The translations under genes and the position numbers were made by a program. Below the pieces are notes generated by a model. That model had not been told where the DNA came from. It saw only the letters and a program-made list of their open reading frames with translations, and made no database searches. Source: Candidatus Hydrogenedentota bacterium (GTDB lineage: Bacteria > Hydrogenedentota > Hydrogenedentia > Hydrogenedentales > JAEUWI01). Taken from it: a DNA stretch of 64,000 nt. The stretch is taken from NCBI GenBank assembly GCA_034669905.1, contig JAXMOL010000006.1, positions 32,001-96,000 of the forward strand, given 5' to 3'. This document shows positions 57,258-64,000 of this stretch, piece by piece (positions within the stretch are counted from its first letter, which is position 1; each line of letters begins with the position of its first letter).

Positions 57258-57752
57258 GTGTATGCAGGGGTTGAAAATATGACGGAGTTCTTCGTGGACG
57301 TAGCCCCCCTGACGTGGGGTGGGCTTGGCGCTTGCCTGTTGTCGGGGGGGATTATCGGGCTGGAGCGCCAATACAGGGGTAAGCCGGTTGGGGTTCGAAC
57401 CTGCGTATTGATTTGCCTGGGGACCTACGTGTTCGTGAAGGTGGGCCTTTCCACGACAACCCCGACTTCTGACCCCACCCGCATAATTGGTCAGATCGTG
57501 ACGGGCATTGGCTTTATCGGGGCCGGGGTCATGCTTACCCGGGATGGCTCCGTGGTTGGGGCCACTTCGGCGGCGGATATCTGGATGATGGCCGCTATCG
57601 GGGTAGTTATCGCGGTCGCTTCCCCATGGCTGGGTATCAAACTCGCCGTGCTATCGGTGGTGACCCTGTTGGGGGTCCAATATCTGGAGGTCCGGATGCG
57701 GCGCAGAGCCCTCGGGCGGGGAAAGACGCTGGGTGATAAGCCTTCGGAATAA
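57258..57752 (+). CDS. MgtC/SapB family membrane protein
   Basis: GGIIGLERQ..KPVGVRT, DPTRIIGQIVTGIGFIGAG, TSAADIW. Confidence 0.92.
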   Translation: MYAGVENMTEFFVDVAPLTWGGLGACLLSGGIIGLERQYRGKPVGVRTCVLICLGTYVFVKVGLSTTTPTSDPTRIIGQIVTGIGFIGAGVMLTRDGSVVGATSAADIWMMAAIGVVIAVASPWLGIKLAVLSVVTLLGVQYLEVRMRRRALGRGKTLGDKPSE

Positions 57753-57834
57753 ACGGGAGCACCTGGAAGGCATCGTGCGGTCCGTCGTGGACGGTGAGTT
57801 CGGGGCAACCCCGTAGCCGAATTTCGCAGGAAAC

Positions 57835-58311
57835 TCAGACCTGCTCATCCTCTTCTGTCGGCTCGTCTTGCTTGTCCCACGGAAACTCACCATCTTCCAA
57901 GGCCGCCATGAGGGTGGCCTCCTGGGAGATAAAGGGTGTCTGCACGGCGGTATAGACCTGACGGGTGTGGCGGTAGGCGTAGAGGGGGCCGGCGGCAACC
58001 AGAAGCAGGATCATGGCGACGGCGAATCGGGGTACGGTGCCGGGGATTTTCAGGGGCGGTAATTGATAGCGAATAACCTGTTCCAACGGGTCAACGGTCT
58101 TCATGTCGGCCTGTAGCGCACGGAAGGACAAGGGGGCGCCGTGATACTGGAGGGCGCAATCGCCGATGACCAGCAGGGATTCTATCGCATCGCGCTCCTC
58201 AGCACATGCCGGGCACGTCGTCAGGTGATGGCATACTTCTTCCCTGCGCCGGGGCCTTAGGTCCCCATCGATGAGGGCCGGAATATCGCGGCGTATGTGT
58301 TGACACGTCAT
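57835..58311 (-). CDS. Zinc-finger (zf-HC2/ZAS) membrane anti-sigma factor
   Basis: MTC..LIDGDL..HLTTCPAC, one TM segment; downstream of ECF sigma. Confidence 0.85.
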   Translation of the reverse strand: MTCQHIRRDIPALIDGDLRPRRREEVCHHLTTCPACAEERDAIESLLVIGDCALQYHGAPLSFRALQADMKTVDPLEQVIRYQLPPLKIPGTVPRFAVAMILLLVAAGPLYAYRHTRQVYTAVQTPFISQEATLMAALEDGEFPWDKQDEPTEEDEQV

Positions 58312-58429
58312 GAGCAAAATGCTCCTCTGGCCGAGTGGAAATCGGGAAGTCCGGGACGGTGACCAATTCCGTCCGTCGCATTTCCCGGCGCGCTCGACAC
58401 GCTCTGTATACTGCAAAGCAACATCGTAA

Positions 58430-59032
58430 TTATCGTGTGGACACCACACCGTGTCTATCGCCATCCCATAGGGTGGCCAGGAGGTGTCGCAGTTTCTTCA
58501 CCGCCAGTATTTTTCGTGACCGTACGGTGTTTACGGGACAGTCCAGAATACTGGCGATGTCTTCCAGCGAAAGGCCATCAATCGACCGCAATACGAAGAC
58601 CAGCCGTTGTTCTTCCGGCAACTGGTCCAGGGCGCGGTGAATATGTTCGTGAAGTTCGGTGCGACGGGCCTGATAGGCCGGGCAGTCCGTGAGATGCCCG
58701 GAGAGTCCGTTAAGGGCTTCCTCATCCAGACGGGTGCCCAGTTTCCAGGCCTTTTGTTCGCTGCGGCATGACTCGAGCCAGATCATCCGCGCCACCCCGA
58801 AGAGATAGGCAGGGAAGGAGCCCGAGGCCTGGTAGCGTTTCCGAATCTTCCAGATGCGCAAGAAGGTGTCTTGGGCTAAATCACGTGCTGTACTGGGGTT
58901 GCGGGAAAGGCCGTAGAAGAAATTCAACAGCTTGTGCTGGTAGCGCTCAAACAAGCGTTCAAAGGCACACTCGTCCCCTCCGCGCACTCGCATCATCAGC
59001 GCGATGTCTTCCATTGGCGTTGTCTGTTCCAT
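58430..59032 (-). CDS. ECF-family RNA polymerase sigma factor
   Basis: GDECAFERL, ARDLAQDTFLRIW, ALDQLPEEQRLVFVLR..GLSLEDIA..PVNTVRSR. Confidence 0.93.
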   Translation of the reverse strand: MEQTTPMEDIALMMRVRGGDECAFERLFERYQHKLLNFFYGLSRNPSTARDLAQDTFLRIWKIRKRYQASGSFPAYLFGVARMIWLESCRSEQKAWKLGTRLDEEALNGLSGHLTDCPAYQARRTELHEHIHRALDQLPEEQRLVFVLRSIDGLSLEDIASILDCPVNTVRSRKILAVKKLRHLLATLWDGDRHGVVSTR

Positions 59033-59242
59033 AAGACTTCCTCGTACCAACACTACTATGACGTGGGACTTCCAAGGCGATCAAACTTTTTTTCGCCACG
59101 GTTCGGGACCAGAATCGCCCGGGACGGAACAGCACGCCCTTCGATTTTTGTGGCGGTCCAACAGCGAATCGTGGCACTATGGGGGGTGCCAGTGAGTGAA
59201 GCGTGATGAAAATGCGTAAATAGTAATCGCGGGAGGTTTGGG

Positions 59243-61645
59243 GTGCAGCTGAATGTGTCGCCCAATATTGCTGAGGTCTTGGAAAAGGCTGCGGCAATCA
59301 GTGCCAATCAGGGAAACTACTTCGTAGGTGTCTGCCACGTCTTTGCCGCCTTGCTGGACTCTTCCGACAAGCTGCCGGAATGTGTTCGGGAGCGACACCT
59401 GAGCAACCTGTTTTCCGTGCAGCGTGAGACGAACCGCAAGCTCTGGCGGGGACACGCCGCGGTACCCTCCGGCGAAACCTTTTACACGCCCCGGTGCATC
59501 CAGTTGACGACCCAGGCCAGCAAATTGGCCCAGCGTATTGGTCATGGGACACCAGTGGCCGGCCACCTCCTGCTGGCCATCTTAAAGGACGATGTTTCCG
59601 CCCCGTCGCGGGCCATGGATGCATTAAAACTGGATCGCACCGCCTGTACCAAGCAGATTCAGGCGGAGTTGGGCTTCATCTCTCCCCAGTCCTATAACAA
59701 AGTGACGCCCCTGCCGGCCTACTCCGATGTGCAATTGCAGAATATACCCGTGGCCAAGGGCGGAAACGCCCAGGCCGCTGCGGTGGGCGGGGGCACACCC
59801 CAGCCCGACGAATCGGTGATCCCGATCCCCGCTCAGTCGGGTCCCATGACCCGGGACCTGATGGAGGAGGCCCGCCGCGGGAATCTGCAGGTGGCCACAG
59901 GCCGCGACAACGAGATGTTTGAGATCCTCCAGATCATCAGCCGCAAGACCAAAAACAACGTGATGCTGGTGGGGGAGGCGGGGGTGGGCAAGACCCAGAT
60001 TGTGGAAGGGCTCGCCCTCCAATTGGCCCGGGAAGGCAAGGCGCTGGGCCTGCCCGATTTCCGAATCCTGGAGTTAAACGTGGCCGCCCTCATGACGGGC
60101 ACCCAATACCGGGGTGCCTTTGAGGAGAAGGTGCTGGCCCTCATCGATGAAGTGAAGCGTTCGGAAAACTGCGTGCTCTTTATCGATGAAGTGCATTTAA
60201 TTATGGGGGCCGGGGCCAGTGATGGGGACGGCATGGACCTCGCCAATCTCCTCAAGCCCGAATTGGCGCGGGGCGAGTTTCGATGTATTGGTGCCACGAC
60301 CCTGCAGGAGTTCCGCAAATTTGTGGAGCGGGATGCGGCCATTGAGCGCCGCTTTCAGATGGTGCGGGTGGAAGAGCTGTCTCCCGAGGCGTCCCTGGAG
60401 GTGCTCAAGCGCCTTCGGGTTACCCTGGAGAAGCACCACGACGTGCACATTCGCCGGCGTACGCTCCAGGCCGCTATCGATTTAACGGTCCGCTATATGC
60501 CCAACCGCAATCTGCCAGACAAGGCGATTGACGTGCTCGATCAGGCCTGTGCCCGCCACCGGCTGCGCTCGCTCATGATGAAGAAGCGGGCGAGTCATTT
60601 TGATAGCGATCCCGATGGTTCATCGGAGCGCAGCGTGACGCCCCACTCGGTGCGGAAGGTGATTAGTCAGGTGACCGCCATCCCCCTGGAGCAACTCACG
60701 GCAGAAGAGCGCAAATACCTGGGTAACATTGAGCAGATCATCAAGCAGCAGCTTATTGGACAAGACGAAGCGGTTTCCCGCTCGGTGTCGGCAGTGAAAA
60801 AATCACGGGCAGGTCTTTCGGACCCCAATCGCCCGGATGCGACCATGCTGTTCCTGGGGCCGACGGGGGTGGGGAAGACCCAGCTGGCCAAATTGCTGGC
60901 CCGTTACCTTTTCGGCTCCTCCAACCACCTGATCGCCTTTGACATGTCGGAGTATTCCGAAGAACATTCGGTGTCCAAGCTTATCGGGGCGCCGGCAGGT
61001 TACGTGGGCCACGAAGAGGAAGGCGTGTTGACCGGGGCCGTAAAGAATGCGCCCTTCTCCATTCTCCTCTTTGATGAAATTGAAAAGGCCCATTCCCGCA
61101 TCTTTGATTTGTTCCTGCCTATCTTCGACGAAGGTCGCCTTCGGGATGCCCGGGGGCGCGAAGTGGATTTCAAGAATTGCATCATCATCATTACGTCTAA
61201 CATCGGTGCTGACTTGCTGTACCACGCCGATTCGGCCGTGAGTCAGGATGCCCTGGTGGATGCCCTCCGCGCGCATTTTCGACCGGAGTTTGTGAATCGC
61301 ATCGATCAAATCGTGCCTTTCTATCCGCTCCTGGCAGAAGACATTCGTCAGATTCTTCGTCTGGAAGTCAACGCCTTGCGGCGACGGCTCCGCGATCAGA
61401 ATATTGGCATCCGCATGTATCAGCGGGCCTATGAATACATTGCCCAGGAGGGGTATAGCCCGCAGTTTGGTGCCCGGGAGTTGCGGCGAGCGGTCGATCG
61501 GCTGGTGGCGACCCCCATCAGCGAACGTATCATTGATGGCGCCTTTCAATCGGGGGATATGGTGGATGTGCTGCTCGATGATGATGGCGCCCTCGTGTAT
61601 CGCAAAGGCAAACCCTCCGAGAGCGGTGTGAGGAAGGCCCAATGA
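59243..61645 (+). CDS. Class I Clp/Hsp100 ATPase (two AAA+ domains, ClpA/ClpV-like architecture)
   Basis: Clp N-domain, GEAGVGKT, LFIDEVH, PDKAIDVLD, GPTGVGKT, FDEIEKAH, FGARELRR; GGAGG RBS. Confidence 0.92.
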   Translation: MQLNVSPNIAEVLEKAAAISANQGNYFVGVCHVFAALLDSSDKLPECVRERHLSNLFSVQRETNRKLWRGHAAVPSGETFYTPRCIQLTTQASKLAQRIGHGTPVAGHLLLAILKDDVSAPSRAMDALKLDRTACTKQIQAELGFISPQSYNKVTPLPAYSDVQLQNIPVAKGGNAQAAAVGGGTPQPDESVIPIPAQSGPMTRDLMEEARRGNLQVATGRDNEMFEILQIISRKTKNNVMLVGEAGVGKTQIVEGLALQLAREGKALGLPDFRILELNVAALMTGTQYRGAFEEKVLALIDEVKRSENCVLFIDEVHLIMGAGASDGDGMDLANLLKPELARGEFRCIGATTLQEFRKFVERDAAIERRFQMVRVEELSPEASLEVLKRLRVTLEKHHDVHIRRRTLQAAIDLTVRYMPNRNLPDKAIDVLDQACARHRLRSLMMKKRASHFDSDPDGSSERSVTPHSVRKVISQVTAIPLEQLTAEERKYLGNIEQIIKQQLIGQDEAVSRSVSAVKKSRAGLSDPNRPDATMLFLGPTGVGKTQLAKLLARYLFGSSNHLIAFDMSEYSEEHSVSKLIGAPAGYVGHEEEGVLTGAVKNAPFSILLFDEIEKAHSRIFDLFLPIFDEGRLRDARGREVDFKNCIIIITSNIGADLLYHADSAVSQDALVDALRAHFRPEFVNRIDQIVPFYPLLAEDIRQILRLEVNALRRRLRDQNIGIRMYQRAYEYIAQEGYSPQFGARELRRAVDRLVATPISERIIDGAFQSGDMVDVLLDDDGALVYRKGKPSESGVRKAQ

Positions 61646-62229
61646 GCGCACCCGACATGCTGGAAGTGATCAATGGGCCGGAGGACGGTACCGAGTTTCC
61701 TATCGCCCGTGCACCGGTCATCGTGGGCATGGACATGGCCTGTGAAGTCAATGTCCGCCTGGACGAAACGATCGACCCGTTCCATGCGCGCCTGACGGTG
61801 GTATCGGATGGGTACCGCGTACGGAAGATCCGGGGGGGAAGACTGGCCGTCAACGGAAAGCGGACCGGTGTGTTTCGGTCCCGGATCCTGCGGGCTGGCG
61901 ACATTCTCGAAGTGGGCAATACGGAGCTCTACCTGCGTTGTTCCCCGGAAGGCCTGGCGAAACGCAGCCGTGGTTTGCCGACGGAAAGCGATTTTTTCTG
62001 GACCTTAAAGACGGTCGGCAAACGAGCGATTCGGCTGGTAAGTGTGCGGCTTCTGTTTCCCCAGCATGCCGTTGGTCGATTGATTCGCTTGCTGGTGATT
62101 CTGTTCGTCGGTGCAACGATTGTCGGCTATTTCTGGCCTGACGCCGTATCCTACGCGCGGTATTATGTCACCCATTACGTGGGGCAACTCGTACAGCTGA
62201 TTGGCCAGCTCAGCAGCGGACCCGCCTGA
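61642..62229 (+). CDS. FHA-like domain protein with a C-terminal TM segment
   Basis: LEVINGPEDGTEFPI..G..HARL..VNG..LRAGDILEVGNTEL; ATGA overlap with the Clp gene. Confidence 0.78.
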   Translation: MSAPDMLEVINGPEDGTEFPIARAPVIVGMDMACEVNVRLDETIDPFHARLTVVSDGYRVRKIRGGRLAVNGKRTGVFRSRILRAGDILEVGNTELYLRCSPEGLAKRSRGLPTESDFFWTLKTVGKRAIRLVSVRLLFPQHAVGRLIRLLVILFVGATIVGYFWPDAVSYARYYVTHYVGQLVQLIGQLSSGPA

Positions 62230-62240
62230 ATCTGGCCCCC

Positions 62241-63791
62241 CTATTTGTTGGTGATTTTCGGCGGAAAGGCCTGGCCGGGTTCGCGGTCGACGGGCTCCTG
62301 GCTCATGCGGTCCCAGTTAATTTCCCGGGTGATTTTCGTGCCCTTGGGTTGCTTGGCGCGAAAGGCCAGGTAGTTTCGGAAGAGGACCCGAGAGAGCAAA
62401 TCATCCGATAGGGCCAAGCCGTTCAGCGTTTCGCCGGGAATGGCCGCCGAGGTGTAGGTCTCCTTGCTGAGCATGTCGATGTAGGCCTGGAGTTGGGTGG
62501 GGGCCCAGTCGGCGTGTCTTCCGGGAATCATGACGAGATCGGAGGCAAACATGAAGCGGGTGGGGTACTTCTTAAATATGCGCTGAAATTTGGCCGGATG
62601 CTTGGAAATGTAGCCCAAACGCTCTTTCATAAAGTAGTCTCCGAAACTGACATCGGAATAGAGGTTGGGGAAGGTGTCGAGAAACTCCTCCAGCCGGAAG
62701 CTCCGCACGGAGGACAGGATGAAGTGGGGGGCGATGACCTTCAGATCGGGGTACTGGGTCAGGACGGCGATAAACTCCTGCGCAAAGCCCACCTTGCCGC
62801 CGAAGGGATTTACGTGAAAGGCGAGGGGGATACCCTTTTCCTCGCACCAGGCGTAGAAGGGCAGCATGCCGGGGTCATCCAGGGCCACCGTGTGAAACAT
62901 GTATTCATGCTCTTTGGTGACATAGCCATGGCCCAGATAGAGTTTCACCCCCGTGGCGCCGCGCGCGACCAGGTCCTGAATCTTGGTGAGTTTCTCCGGG
63001 TCTTTGGGGTCGATGGTGGGCCAGGCTTCAAAGCGGCCGGGGTAGGTGTCGATGATCTTGATGAGTTCCTCATTGTTTTCATCGTACTCGGTGAAGCCGT
63101 AGTCCTCGTTTAAGGTGAGGGTAAACTTGGAGGTGCCCATGAGGCACATCTTCTGAATGCCCAGGGCATCCATGGTTTCGATAAACTGGGGGGCCAGTTC
63201 GAGGGATGCAATGTGCTCATGAACGTCGATGATGAGGCCCTGCTCCTGCATCGCCGCGAGGCTCATGGGCCCGGGATCGCCCCAATCGGGTTCGATAGTC
63301 GCGGCCGACTCGGGGGTGGCGCTGTCTTCGGGGGCTGTCGCTTCGGCGGACTGGTCGGAGCTTGGGGTATCGGGCACGGCGGAAATGGGCGAGGATTGAG
63401 AGGCCCGCCCGGCAAAAAAGACCGCCACAAAGCCCGCCAACACGGCGAGCGCTACGATGAGGGGGATGACGACGTTGCTGGGCTCGGCCGTTGGCGTGGG
63501 GGGGGAAGCCTTTTCTGGCGCGGTATTGCGCAGGTGCCGGGTGACTTCACTTCGGGAGTGCTCGGTCGGCGGTGCGGTTGGCGGGTTTGGTTGGTGATCC
63601 GCAGGCAGCAAGGCATCTTTCAGTGACGGGGTTTCGCCATAGGTGTCCCGGGGTACGGAACGTTCCGGAGGCGTGTCTCGACCGGGCTCTTTGGGGAGTA
63701 AGGCGTCCTTGAGGGACGGTTCGGGATCGTCAGGATTGCGCTTGTCGCGATCATCATGCATGAGAGAAAACTGCCTGTCGTGTTGGTCCAC
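62241..63791 (-). CDS. Membrane-anchored amidohydrolase-family (TIM-barrel) protein
   Basis: Pro-rich N-tail, TM, IIDVHEH, GATGVKL, FHVN, IAPH, FMFASD. Confidence 0.82.
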   Translation of the reverse strand: MDQHDRQFSLMHDDRDKRNPDDPEPSLKDALLPKEPGRDTPPERSVPRDTYGETPSLKDALLPADHQPNPPTAPPTEHSRSEVTRHLRNTAPEKASPPTPTAEPSNVVIPLIVALAVLAGFVAVFFAGRASQSSPISAVPDTPSSDQSAEATAPEDSATPESAATIEPDWGDPGPMSLAAMQEQGLIIDVHEHIASLELAPQFIETMDALGIQKMCLMGTSKFTLTLNEDYGFTEYDENNEELIKIIDTYPGRFEAWPTIDPKDPEKLTKIQDLVARGATGVKLYLGHGYVTKEHEYMFHTVALDDPGMLPFYAWCEEKGIPLAFHVNPFGGKVGFAQEFIAVLTQYPDLKVIAPHFILSSVRSFRLEEFLDTFPNLYSDVSFGDYFMKERLGYISKHPAKFQRIFKKYPTRFMFASDLVMIPGRHADWAPTQLQAYIDMLSKETYTSAAIPGETLNGLALSDDLLSRVLFRNYLAFRAKQPKGTKITREINWDRMSQEPVDREPGQAFPPKITNK

Positions 63792-64000
63792 GGTTTACCC
63801 GGTTAGTATAGGCGAAAGCGGTGGCCGGATACAGCCCAATCGCCCTGGGCGAGCGACCGCGCTCTCACTGCAGGCATCTCACGGGGTGGGATGGGTCCGG
63901 CGCACGAACCGGGGTACCGGATCGCGCGGCACAACGGGGCGTTTCTTGCTCGAAATTGGACGAATGCTACGGCTATTGTCCCACTCAGTCCCCGTCCTCC

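Noticed and set aside
59055..59100. ECF autoregulatory promoter (CGTC -10-like on the minus strand)
   Set aside because: The -35 element is not convincing and the motif is too short to support.
59243..62229. Type VI secretion locus (clpV + fha)
   Set aside because: No sheath, hcp, vgrG, baseplate or membrane-complex genes in the window.

Overview
GC-rich bacterial chromosomal window of about 47 CDS, with no rRNA, tRNA, CRISPR or intact mobile element recognised. The gene repertoire and a Cys/hydrophobic C-terminal tail on the LRR protein tentatively suggest a Hydrogenedentota/PVC-like organism (inference only). Contents in order: ADP-ribosylglycohydrolase; a 545-bp direct-repeat-bounded segment with a REP-like palindrome and an ankyrin remnant; a large internalin-like LRR surface protein; HupE/UreJ, a beta-propeller protein, a Gfo/Idh/MocA oxidoreductase and an unknown secreted protein; a ~12-kb minus-strand MoxR/DUF58/BatA/VWA/DUF4175-like/DUF4159 operon that continues into a nucleotidase-fold tetraheme cytochrome c lipoprotein and a thioredoxin; a TetR-controlled RND efflux operon with visible promoter, operator and terminator; a LysR gene divergent from purM-purL-purQ with a LysR box and CACG(G)AA-triplet inverted repeats; RNase D; a His-less PAS pseudo-kinase; PPi-PFK; a phosphodiesterase; surE; a LamG-AlgI-double-AlgJ O-acetylation cluster with an unnamed shared domain; SIMPL; a sensor-less His kinase; icd; serA; napDA plus a tetraheme NapB-like gene under an NsrR-type operator; MgtC; an ECF sigma/zinc anti-sigma pair; an atypical Clp ATPase with an FHA membrane protein; and a membrane-anchored amidohydrolase. 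The best candidates for an undescribed system are the MoxR-VWA operon with its redox module, the LamG/AlgI/tandem-AlgJ module and the Clp(no M-domain, no IGF loop)/FHA pair. All calls come from motif reading by eye; no searches were run.
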